Part shown: piece after piece, positions 27,620 through 35,687 of the stretch | Position numbering within the stretch: the stretch's first letter is position 1 | Layout of the letters: every line of letters starts with the position of its first letter | From: Elusimicrobiota bacterium | Lineage (GTDB): Bacteria; Elusimicrobiota; Elusimicrobia; UBA1565; UBA9628 | Direction: 5' to 3' | Length of the DNA: 64,000 nt | Assembly: GCA_027371715.1 (NCBI GenBank) | Contig: DAHXMM010000031.1 | Location: 12,477-76,476 of the forward strand | Position numbers and translations under genes: made by a program | The notes under the pieces: generated by a model | The model's database searches: none | Told to the model about the DNA's origin: nothing | Seen by the model: only the letters and a program-made list of their open reading frames with translations

Positions 27620-28594
27620 ATGGGAAAATTTTCTTTGAAGGGGAAATTTTTTAATGTTGTTTGCGCGCTCATTCTTGCTGGTTTCTGGTCTCAGTCCTGG
27701 GCCTGGCAAAGCCAAACCCCGGATGAGGCTCTTCTCTCGGTTAATAACAGTTTTGGGGTTTATCTGATTCCGGTTCAAAACGTTAATTATGTGGAACCCA
27801 ATGGGAGCGTGAATAATTGCGCCAATGGCAAATCCTGCGCGAATTATTCCGATGAGGAATCCGGAGGGCTTTTTGGGGACGGGTTTTCTGTTGATTACAT
27901 GAGCCCAAAAATGAAGCTCTATGGTCATCTTTCCTATCAATTTGCATCCGGACATCTCAATTATAATGGGGCAACCCAAGGAGGGACTCCGGTTCAGGAT
28001 ACCTCTGGCGCCCGCATTGGGGATTGGGATTTAAAATTCGGCAAGGGTGTCACTTTGAGCGAGGACCAGAGAGTTTTATTGACTCCCTATATCGAGTTTG
28101 GAAATCATTTTTGGCAGAGAGATCTGGACTTGGGAGGTGGGGCTAATCAGTTTGGGGAAGACTATCAAAATGATTATTTAGACGGCGGGGCGATGATTCA
28201 GTATGTTCCGCCCATTCATATCTTGCATCACAACGACATTGTTTTGGAAGGAAATGCGGGAATCGGAGAAACCATCGGGCCTAATATTACGGTTCCGATT
28301 GCCAACCCACCCATGCCGAGTAATGCGCCCTTGGGGCAAGAACCGTTTATCAATTTGGGCCTTGAAGCCGATTGGCACGCGATGACCGCTTTGTGGGTTT
28401 TCTTTGGGTATCAATACACCTATTTCAGCTATTTTCCAAGCTCGATCTACTCGAATGCCGGCGGCGCCGTCGAAGAGCCGGCGAGCTTTACCAACTACAA
28501 CATCTACAAGCTCGGCGTCAAAATTCCGTTCTCGGGTTTTCCCGTGATCGCCAAGGGAATCTCCCAAATGGGCGACGCCTCGTCCAAGGATTAA
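27620..28594 (+). CDS. Secreted beta-rich protein, possible outer-membrane protein
   Basis: A signal peptide is present. Aromatic-rich alternating segments end in YKLGVKIPF. Confidence 0.5.
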   Translation: MGKFSLKGKFFNVVCALILAGFWSQSWAWQSQTPDEALLSVNNSFGVYLIPVQNVNYVEPNGSVNNCANGKSCANYSDEESGGLFGDGFSVDYMSPKMKLYGHLSYQFASGHLNYNGATQGGTPVQDTSGARIGDWDLKFGKGVTLSEDQRVLLTPYIEFGNHFWQRDLDLGGGANQFGEDYQNDYLDGGAMIQYVPPIHILHHNDIVLEGNAGIGETIGPNITVPIANPPMPSNAPLGQEPFINLGLEADWHAMTALWVFFGYQYTYFSYFPSSIYSNAGGAVEEPASFTNYNIYKLGVKIPFSGFPVIAKGISQMGDASSKD

Positions 28595-28595
28595 A

Positions 28596-28620
28596 GGAGA
28601 TAGGGACTGTCCCCATCTCC
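28596..28620. repeat. Best palindromic repeat copy GGAGATAGGGAC-T-GTCCCCATCTCC
   Basis: The arms are 12 bp with one mismatch. It lies immediately after the stop at 28594. Confidence 0.7.
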
Positions 28621-28665
28621 CTCTCGTGACTTAAATTTGTAACACGCTTCTGTTAAATTTTGAGC

Positions 28666-30399
28666 GTGGATGAGCCAAAATCTCTTCAAGATATAGAATC
28701 CATTCAAAGCCTTGACACCGCGCGCTTGGCTTTGAGATGGGCCCTTGAAAAAATTCAGTCTCTCGAAAAAGACAAGGCCGGGCTTTCTGAAAAAATTAGC
28801 GCAGAGGAACGCGCGCGCGAAAAAACCCAGGAAAATCTCATTTCCCTTCAAAAAACAATCGGGCTTAAAAACGCGGAAGCGACTCAGCGCGAACTTTATT
28901 ACGCGAAACTTGAAGAATATCTGTCCTTAAAACTAGATGGGAAACTCGATGTTGCCTTGCTCGCGAAAAAAGAATTGGAAGTATCCCAGCTTCAAGAGAT
29001 GCTTTCACAAAAGCAGGCGCATCTGGAAAAAGATTTTGCCTCCCGCAAGGAAACCATTGAGCGGGATTTTAACCGGCTGAGAACGGAAATGGAAGGGGAA
29101 ACGCGCGATGTTCGGCGCCGCGCGGAAGCGTCTCTGGAAGCGAGGCGAACGGCCCTTGAAGAAGAGCTTTTGTCTAAAAACGCGGAACTCGCCGATAAAA
29201 GGGCGCAGTTGAATGCCGACTCCAAGCATTTGGAGGAAAGGAAAACCCACTTTGAGAGTTATTATAAGGAAGAGCGGGCGCATCTTCAAGCGGCCCTCAA
29301 AGGTTTCCGTGAGGAAATTAAGGAAGAAGTGGCTTTGCGCTCTCAAATGGCCGAGCGCGTTTTGGAGGAGAGGCGGGAATCTCTTGAGAAAGTTCATTCG
29401 GAGGAACGCGCGCTTTTAATCCGGGAAATTGAGAGCTGGCGTTCCAGGGTTAAAGAGTTGGGGCCCAAAAATATCGACCTGGAAAAATTTCTAGCGTTGT
29501 CTGAGGAAAAAAATCTCCAAATTCAGGCAAGCTTAGACCGCATGGCCATTGCCCGGGAGTCCGAAAGAGCCGCTTATGAGGCGGACAAGAAAGGGCTTGT
29601 TCACGATTCGGAAATGTGGCGCAAACAGGCGTTGGAATTTCTTGAAGAATCTCAGGATCTCAAGACGAAATTAGGCGCGGCGGATACTCATTCTAAGGTT
29701 GCGGACAAGGAAATTGAAAATTTAAAAGGACGAATTCAAATTTTGTCGGAAGAATTTGCTTCAAGCCGAAAGAGAAACGAAGAGCTTTGGAAAAAATCCC
29801 TGGAGCTTCAAAACTCTCTGACCGAAGCCCTTGAGCGCGCCCAAACGCTTGAAGAGCGGGAAAAATCCAATGAAGGGCGGATGAAAAAAGAGTTGGCGGA
29901 TTTTATCCAAAGGCATGAAGCGTTAAGCGCGGAATTTAAAGAAGCGCGGGAGCTCAGCGCCAATCAAATGTCTCGCTTGATTGATTTAGAAAAGAGTTTG
30001 TCTCAAGCGCGGCAGGCGGCCGTTGCGGCCGATTTAAAGCTTGCCGGAGCGCAAAAAGAAATGGACATTCTCAAAAACGAGCGCCAGGCCGCGCTGGAAG
30101 AAGTGGGAAAATTGAGAAAGGAAATCGAGGCGGCCGTCATCGGGAATTTAGCCTTGGAAAGAAATATTTCAGAGCTTGAACAAAAATTAAGAAAAGAAGA
30201 AAAAGTTCGAGAACTTGAGGGCGGGCAATTTAATCACGAAAAAGAGATGTGGAATAAGGAACGAGAAATTCTGGAATCTCGCCTTAAAGCCTACCACTCA
30301 AAGCTTGAAGCCCGCGTCAAAGCCGAGGCCTCTAAAGCGTCTGAGACTTCTTTGGAATCCTCCGGCGGCGGTCTGTGGCCTCCCATCCAGTGGCGCTAA
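28666..30399 (+). CDS. Long coiled-coil protein
   Basis: It is about 577 aa and rich in E/K/L/R heptads. I prefer the GTG at 28666, which lies 6 nt after TGtTAAATT. The TTG at 28660 is an alternative. Confidence 0.6.
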   Translation: MDEPKSLQDIESIQSLDTARLALRWALEKIQSLEKDKAGLSEKISAEERAREKTQENLISLQKTIGLKNAEATQRELYYAKLEEYLSLKLDGKLDVALLAKKELEVSQLQEMLSQKQAHLEKDFASRKETIERDFNRLRTEMEGETRDVRRRAEASLEARRTALEEELLSKNAELADKRAQLNADSKHLEERKTHFESYYKEERAHLQAALKGFREEIKEEVALRSQMAERVLEERRESLEKVHSEERALLIREIESWRSRVKELGPKNIDLEKFLALSEEKNLQIQASLDRMAIARESERAAYEADKKGLVHDSEMWRKQALEFLEESQDLKTKLGAADTHSKVADKEIENLKGRIQILSEEFASSRKRNEELWKKSLELQNSLTEALERAQTLEEREKSNEGRMKKELADFIQRHEALSAEFKEARELSANQMSRLIDLEKSLSQARQAAVAADLKLAGAQKEMDILKNERQAALEEVGKLRKEIEAAVIGNLALERNISELEQKLRKEEKVRELEGGQFNHEKEMWNKEREILESRLKAYHSKLEARVKAEASKASETSLESSGGGLWPPIQWR

Positions 30400-30460
30400 A
30401 AAACCGTGCGCCTGTGATAGAATAAGCCTAAGAGCCGTTAATTATTCTCGGAGGCAAACC

Positions 30461-31447
30461 ATGAATACGCGCCGCGCGACGGTCATCTCCTTCTTAATTT
30501 CGGTCTTATTTCTTTTTCAGTCAAAACTTTGGGCTTGGGGACCTGTGGGGCATGACGTGGTCGCTCTGATTGCGCAGTCACGCTTAAGCCCTGCGGCTAA
30601 AAATCAAGTCGCCGCTATCTTAGGCTCCGATGGAAATTTAGAGGAAATCGCTAACTGCGCGGACTGGATTAAATACGCCAAACAAGACGTTTCCTGCGGG
30701 AATTTCAGCCTTCCGCCGATGCCGGAAACAGCCAGCTGGCATTTTATCGATATTCCCATCAACAGCCAAGACCCTTCCGGCGCGATTAGTTCCGCTTGCG
30801 GGCCGGACGGGCAGTGTTCGATTGACCAGATCGAATCTCATCTTCAAATTCTCTCGGACGCTTCCGCCTCTTTGGATCAAAAACAACAGGCCCTCATGTT
30901 TGTCACGCATTTAGTGGGAGACCTTCACCAGCCGCTTCACAACGCGACCGAAATATTGCCGAACGGAACCTCTGATCGGGGCGGAAATCTTAAGAAAATG
31001 AGCTTTGAGTCGGGCGGCAAGGCGACGAATCTTCACGCTCTGTGGGATGATCTCATTGAACCCGCTTCCGAAGCCAAAAACATGGATCCGGAAAGCTTGG
31101 CCCAAACCTTGGAGGGCGAAATTTCCGATCAAGACGCAGCCCTTTGGGCTAATGCCAGCTTGGCCGACATGGCGTTGGAGGGATATTCCATCGCCCAGAA
31201 TCAAATTTATCCTGATTATCACGCGCCCGGCGGCGACGTCGTGACCTCCGCTTATGAGGATGAAATGCGCCCGGTCGTCTATGTGCGCCTTGAAAAAGCC
31301 GGCGTGCGCTTGGCCGCTCTTTTAAACAAGGCTTTTGCTCCGGCCCCGGTCATTCTTCCGAGTTCTTATGAGCCCATTTCTCTAAAAGGGAAGTTGCCCG
31401 TCATTCAAAAGTTGGTTTTCCCGGCGGTGTCCGCCTGGGGGCGTTGA
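30461..31447 (+). CDS. Secreted S1/P1-family nuclease
   Basis: A signal peptide precedes the mature N-terminus WGPVGH, with HFID, GDLHQPLH and NLHALWD. The ATG at 30461 has a GGAGG SD. The ORF-track start at 30215 lies inside the previous gene. Confidence 0.8.
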   Translation: MNTRRATVISFLISVLFLFQSKLWAWGPVGHDVVALIAQSRLSPAAKNQVAAILGSDGNLEEIANCADWIKYAKQDVSCGNFSLPPMPETASWHFIDIPINSQDPSGAISSACGPDGQCSIDQIESHLQILSDASASLDQKQQALMFVTHLVGDLHQPLHNATEILPNGTSDRGGNLKKMSFESGGKATNLHALWDDLIEPASEAKNMDPESLAQTLEGEISDQDAALWANASLADMALEGYSIAQNQIYPDYHAPGGDVVTSAYEDEMRPVVYVRLEKAGVRLAALLNKAFAPAPVILPSSYEPISLKGKLPVIQKLVFPAVSAWGR

Positions 31448-31489
31448 CAGGATGGAAATCTCCTGATACATTCTAAAGAGAGGCGCTTT

Positions 31490-32602
31490 ATGATGAAAAA
31501 AATATTGGCGATTGGAATGACGGGCTTGTTGTGGGCGCCAAATTTGGCCTTGGCCCATGAGGGAAATTTTTCCCCTAGAAAAATTTACGATAAGGCTTCT
31601 CCGGCGGTCGTGACTGTCATCTGTAGCGGTCCAGAAGGCGGAAACGGAGAACTGGGAAGCGGGAGTCTGATTGCCGAAAACAAGGTTTTGACCAACGCCC
31701 ATGTTGTCATCCATAAATCAACGGGGCGCCCGTGGCCCTTGGTTCGCGTTTATCTGAAGCCCAAACATATGACCGGAAATCCGGATAAAGATCTTAACCA
31801 CGCGATTCGGGCTCATGTGGCTTTTTATGACCGCTCGCTTGATTTGGCGCTTTTAGAACTAGACCATCCTGCTTCCGGCCGTCCGGTTTTGTCTTTAGCC
31901 AATCCCAATAGCGTTTCTGTGGGAGATCCCGTGGCCGCGATTGGGGATCCCGAGGACGGGGGGCTTTGGACCTTGACGACCGGAATCATCAGCGCGGTCA
32001 TCGCCAATCTCGGCGGAGTCAAGGGCCGCTACGGTTATCAGACCGACGCTTCGATTAACCGTGGAAATTCCGGCGGACCGCTTCTGAATGCGAATGCCGA
32101 TATCGTGGGGATGAATACGATGATGGCGCGTCGTGCCCCGGATGGGCTCGCCATTACCGCGGTTAATTTCGCGATCCGTTCGGACGTCATTAAAGCTTGG
32201 CTCAATGCGAATGCCGGAATGGATATCGCCTATGCCGCTCCCGCAAACTCGCCTTCAAACTCCGTTCCTCAATCTGAGGAAGTGGCCCAGAACGGTTCTG
32301 AGTCTTCAGTCTCTAATCAAACTCATCAACAACAGCCTTCTTTACCATCAACTCCCATGTCTGATTCAGCCTTAGTCACCAAGAAAATTCCTGTTTCTCC
32401 CAAGTCGTCTGTCAATCCACCGCAAAAGCCCACGCCGCAAGTGGCCTCCGCAAAACCGATCCCTATCCGCCATGTGACGATTACCGAAAGCCGTCCCTAT
32501 AACCGTCGGCAACTTCTTCTTAAAAAGATGCGCCAGATGGATAATCTTGAGCAGGAAATGCATCAGGAATTTTTACGGCACGCTCAGAATCTGAACCAAT
32601 AA
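31490..32602 (+). CDS. Secreted trypsin-like (S1) serine protease with a Pro/Ser-rich tail
   Basis: The motifs are TNAHVV, DLALLEL and NRGNSGGPLL. Confidence 0.8.
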   Translation: MMKKILAIGMTGLLWAPNLALAHEGNFSPRKIYDKASPAVVTVICSGPEGGNGELGSGSLIAENKVLTNAHVVIHKSTGRPWPLVRVYLKPKHMTGNPDKDLNHAIRAHVAFYDRSLDLALLELDHPASGRPVLSLANPNSVSVGDPVAAIGDPEDGGLWTLTTGIISAVIANLGGVKGRYGYQTDASINRGNSGGPLLNANADIVGMNTMMARRAPDGLAITAVNFAIRSDVIKAWLNANAGMDIAYAAPANSPSNSVPQSEEVAQNGSESSVSNQTHQQQPSLPSTPMSDSALVTKKIPVSPKSSVNPPQKPTPQVASAKPIPIRHVTITESRPYNRRQLLLKKMRQMDNLEQEMHQEFLRHAQNLNQ

Positions 32603-32643
32603 AGGCCTAGCCTTCTATGCCTCTTCCCAATAATCATACGGGC

Positions 32644-32719
32644 GGCATTGTCCCTACCTCAAGATTATTGCGGAAGGGGACTAGGTCCTTTTTCTCTGAA
32701 AATCTAGGACTTTCGGCCC
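32644..32719 (+). promoter_or_regulatory. Composite element made of a half palindrome plus the TAGGTC-type tandem repeat, copy 3
   Basis: The sequence is GGCATTGTCCCTACCTCAAGATTATTGCGGAAGGGGACTAGGTCCTTTTTCTCTGAAAATCTAGGACTTTCGGCCC. Confidence 0.6.
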
Positions 32720-32742
32720 ATAGGGAATTTTTTAAATCAGGA

Positions 32743-32748
32743 TATAAT
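32743..32748 (+). promoter_or_regulatory. Candidate -10 TATAAT, 6 nt upstream of the response-regulator ATG
   Basis: The sequence is gaTATAATagaaatATG. It lies 23 nt downstream of the element. Confidence 0.5.
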
Positions 32749-32754
32749 AGAAAT

Positions 32755-33279
32755 ATGAACGTGATGGAATTAAAATCGGAAAAGGCGGTTGAATTAGGCG
32801 CTTTCTCGCGCCAGGACCGAATTTCTCCGGTGGGAGGGGCTAAAGAACTTCCGAAGTCTCTAGGCAAATTAAAGCCTGCCCGGGTCCCCTCCTCAAAAAA
32901 ATTATTTGTCTATCTTATTGACGATGACGCCCATTTTCGCGAGACTTTCTTAGATGTGATGTCTTTGCGCGGGGTTGAAGCGAAAAGCGCGGCATCCGGG
33001 GTTGAGGCTTTAAAAGAACTTCAGCTTGCTCGTCCGGCGGTCATCATTGTGGATGTTCGCTTGCCTGATATTCACGGTTTTGATTTGTGTCGTCTGATTC
33101 GCCGGATGGACGGTTTCCAAACGATTCCCTTAGTTCTTTTATCGGCTTCTTTCCGCTATAACGATCCGCGAGATCAGGTGGAGGGATTGTTGGCCGGAGC
33201 CTCCATTTTCCTTTCCAAACCTATCACCATGGAAAATTTGTGGACGGAAATTGAGTCTCTCCTTAAACGCGGGCGGTAG
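32755..33279 (+). CDS. Response-regulator receiver domain protein with no output domain
   Basis: The receiver motifs are YLIDDD, IIVDVRLPD, LLSAS and LSKP, after an N-terminal region of about 50 aa. The start is set by the promoter geometry. Confidence 0.7.
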   Translation: MNVMELKSEKAVELGAFSRQDRISPVGGAKELPKSLGKLKPARVPSSKKLFVYLIDDDAHFRETFLDVMSLRGVEAKSAASGVEALKELQLARPAVIIVDVRLPDIHGFDLCRLIRRMDGFQTIPLVLLSASFRYNDPRDQVEGLLAGASIFLSKPITMENLWTEIESLLKRGR

Positions 33280-33315
33280 CCTCCTATTCAAGTTGAAAAC
33301 GCTTTTTCTTCTCCC

Positions 33316-34704
33316 TTGACCTTGGGTCAGCAAATCACGGCAGTCATTAAAGGTCTGGCGGTTGAAGGCGCCGGGCTTGCCGTTCCCGAGGGCAAAACCG
33401 GTCCCATTATTTTTGTTCCTTTTACCGCGACGGGAGATCGGGTTCAGATTGAAATTACCGAATCCAAGAAAAATTTCGCGCGCGGAAAATTGCTTAAAAT
33501 TCTTTCTCCGGGGCCGGGCCGCGCAAACCCTGCCTGTTCTCTTCATTTTTCTGAAAGCCGAAAAATGGGCGCTTGCGGCGGATGCAATTGGCAGCATTTG
33601 GATTATTCCACGCAACTTTTAGAAAAAAGAAAACTTGTCGTTGATACGCTCAAAAAAATCGGCGGGTTTAAAAATCCCCAGGTTAAAGAGACTCTTTCTT
33701 CGCCTAAGGTATGGACATATCGCAATAAAGTCCAAATTCCCTTTGGGAAAAAAGAAGGAAAAATTATTTGCGGCTTTTATGAGACGCAAAGCCACCGGAT
33801 TGTAGATTTTTCCGGTTGTCCGGTTCAGTCGGATATTTCGGTTCGTATCGCCCTTAAGGTCAAATCTCTGGCCCAGGCGGGAAATTGGCCGATTTATGAC
33901 GAAGCCAGCGGAAGCGGTTGGCTGAGGCATTTACTCATTCGTTCAAATCATGAGGGAAAAGCCTTGCTCGCTTTTATTACGCGAAACGATTATTTTCCCA
34001 AAGGATCGTTTCTTGACTTTCTGAGCCAAGAGTTTCCTGAAATCGTGGGAATCCATCAAAATATCCAACCGCTTAATACCTCGGTTATTTTAGGGCGAAA
34101 GTGGAAAAAGCTTTGGGGTCAGGAAACGCTGACGGAGCAAATTGGCTCTTTTGTCTTTAAGGTCTCGGCAGGCTCTTTTCTCCAGGTCAATACTCCGGCC
34201 GCGGAAATTCTCTACCAGACGGCGGTGGAAGGGCTTGCCGAAGGCGGACGTCTTCCCCTGGTTTTAGATCTCTACTGCGGCGTTGGAACCACCAGCCTCT
34301 GGGCTTCTCAAGTGTCTGAGAGAGTCATTGGGGTCGAGGAAAACCCTCAGGCGGTGGCCAATGCCTGGGAAAACGCGCGCTTCAACAAAATCAATCGCAT
34401 CCGGTTTTTAGCCGGAAAATCTGAAACGGTTCTTTCTCGAATCAGGCATGAAATTAAAGAAGGTTCCGCCGTTTTATGCGATCCTCCGCGCACGGGGCTT
34501 GCGCCGCATTTGCCCAAGGTTTTGGGGCGCTTCCCCATCAAAAAATTGGTTTACATTTCATGCGATTTAGCGACTTTTAGCCGGGACGCTTCTCTGTTGT
34601 GCCGAGAAGGCTTTTCTCTGCGTTCGGTGCAGCCGGTGGATTTATTTCCACAAACTGCCCATGTCGAGACCGTTGGAGTTTTCGAGCGAAAACTTAGGTC
34701 CTAG
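33316..34704 (+). CDS. RumA/RlmD-type 23S rRNA (uracil-5)-methyltransferase with a TRAM domain
   Basis: An N-terminal TRAM-like region is followed by Cys cluster CGGCNWQ, then LDLYCGVGT, DPPRTG and VDLFPQTAHVE. Confidence 0.8.
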   Translation: MTLGQQITAVIKGLAVEGAGLAVPEGKTGPIIFVPFTATGDRVQIEITESKKNFARGKLLKILSPGPGRANPACSLHFSESRKMGACGGCNWQHLDYSTQLLEKRKLVVDTLKKIGGFKNPQVKETLSSPKVWTYRNKVQIPFGKKEGKIICGFYETQSHRIVDFSGCPVQSDISVRIALKVKSLAQAGNWPIYDEASGSGWLRHLLIRSNHEGKALLAFITRNDYFPKGSFLDFLSQEFPEIVGIHQNIQPLNTSVILGRKWKKLWGQETLTEQIGSFVFKVSAGSFLQVNTPAAEILYQTAVEGLAEGGRLPLVLDLYCGVGTTSLWASQVSERVIGVEENPQAVANAWENARFNKINRIRFLAGKSETVLSRIRHEIKEGSAVLCDPPRTGLAPHLPKVLGRFPIKKLVYISCDLATFSRDASLLCREGFSLRSVQPVDLFPQTAHVETVGVFERKLRS

Positions 34705-34725
34705 AAGTTCTAGGCCTTTAGGCCC
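34695..34725 (+). promoter_or_regulatory. TAGGTC-type element, short inverted variant, copy 4
   Basis: The sequence is TAGGTCCTAGAAGTTCTAGGCCTTTAGGCCC. It overlaps the rumA-like stop. Confidence 0.55.
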
Positions 34726-34748
34726 AGGATGGAAAGGGGTCTCTTTGC

Positions 34749-34754
34749 TATATT
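34749..34754 (+). promoter_or_regulatory. Candidate -10 TATATT, 7 nt upstream of ATG 34762
   Basis: It lies 23 nt downstream of the element end at 34725. Confidence 0.4.
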
Positions 34755-34761
34755 AATATTG

Positions 34762-35667
34762 ATGGAACAAAAACAGAGAATAGAGAGTCTGTATGGTTGC
34801 CTGCTTTCTCTTGCGCTTTCTTTTGCCGCTTCATCTCTTTACGCAAACCCCATGTATCTCTCCTCTGGAGGTAACATCCCTTCCTCCAATGCCTTGGATT
34901 TAGGACAAGAAACCCAAAAAATTATGAGCCTGGTCGCGAACAAAAACGCTTCCGTTTTCGCCATCCATCAGAAAGCCGAGAACGATTATGAATTCGGGAT
35001 GCCGGGCGCCGCGATTTTAATTCGGCCGCATCTCCACCCCTATAAAATCGAACCGACCTTAGGGGAACCTCCCGCGACGATTGAAGACTTAATTTCCGCC
35101 GCCCGCGATAGAATTGAAAATAATGGAAATCAAAATTCCAATTCGACGGTGGAAGCGACTTTGTCTAAAATTGACGAGATGGAATCTCACAAGCGTATTT
35201 CCTACGCCCAGCTTCCGTCCAATGAACTCGGAGTTTATAATAAGCTTTGCGGCGGGCAAAAAATGGGAAAACGGGCCGGCACGATTAATCTTCATAACCA
35301 TTTGGCCGTTATTTCGGTCGCGGTCGGGCGTCCCTTAGCGGCCTGTGTTCTCTTTCACGAGGCGGGACACGCTTCCGACCGGAATATTTGTCATGAATCA
35401 ACCGAAGACGTTGAGAGTTACGCCTTTCACCGGGAATATGACTGCATCGAGGCGATTTATCCCACCGGAGAAGAGTTGTTGACCACCTACCAACAGCTCA
35501 ATAACGCGGCTCAGGCGGCCGGGGCCAGTCCCGTGATTCGGGAATCCATGAATTTCATAAAAAATATCTACGATATTTACCGCACGGGCGGAGACGATCA
35601 AAAAATTAGGGAACTCGTCAACAAACTTTATAATTCCGACGGAACCCCCAGTTCTCCCGGAGCCTAA
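34762..35667 (+). CDS. Secreted hypothetical protein with an HExxH motif (putative metallopeptidase)
   Basis: The signal peptide is MEQKQRIESLYGCLLSLALSFAASSLYA, and the motif is LFHEAGHASD. The alternative start is 34729. Confidence 0.55.
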   Translation: MEQKQRIESLYGCLLSLALSFAASSLYANPMYLSSGGNIPSSNALDLGQETQKIMSLVANKNASVFAIHQKAENDYEFGMPGAAILIRPHLHPYKIEPTLGEPPATIEDLISAARDRIENNGNQNSNSTVEATLSKIDEMESHKRISYAQLPSNELGVYNKLCGGQKMGKRAGTINLHNHLAVISVAVGRPLAACVLFHEAGHASDRNICHESTEDVESYAFHREYDCIEAIYPTGEELLTTYQQLNNAAQAAGASPVIRESMNFIKNIYDIYRTGGDDQKIRELVNKLYNSDGTPSSPGA

Positions 35668-35668
35668 C

Positions 35669-35687
35669 GGGAAATGGGGACAGTTCC
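35669..35687. repeat. Palindromic repeat copy that supplies the glpK start codon
   Basis: The sequence is GGGAAATGGGGACAGTTCC. The ATG at 35674 lies inside the repeat. Confidence 0.55.

Noticed and set aside
28992-29397. Antisense ORFs inside the coiled-coil gene
   Set aside because: These are typical shadow ORFs of a repetitive E/K/R/L-rich gene, and no motifs are present.
30215-30460. Upstream extension of the S1/P1 nuclease ORF
   Set aside because: It overlaps the coiled-coil gene. The ATG at 30461 has a GGAGG SD and gives a normal signal peptide.
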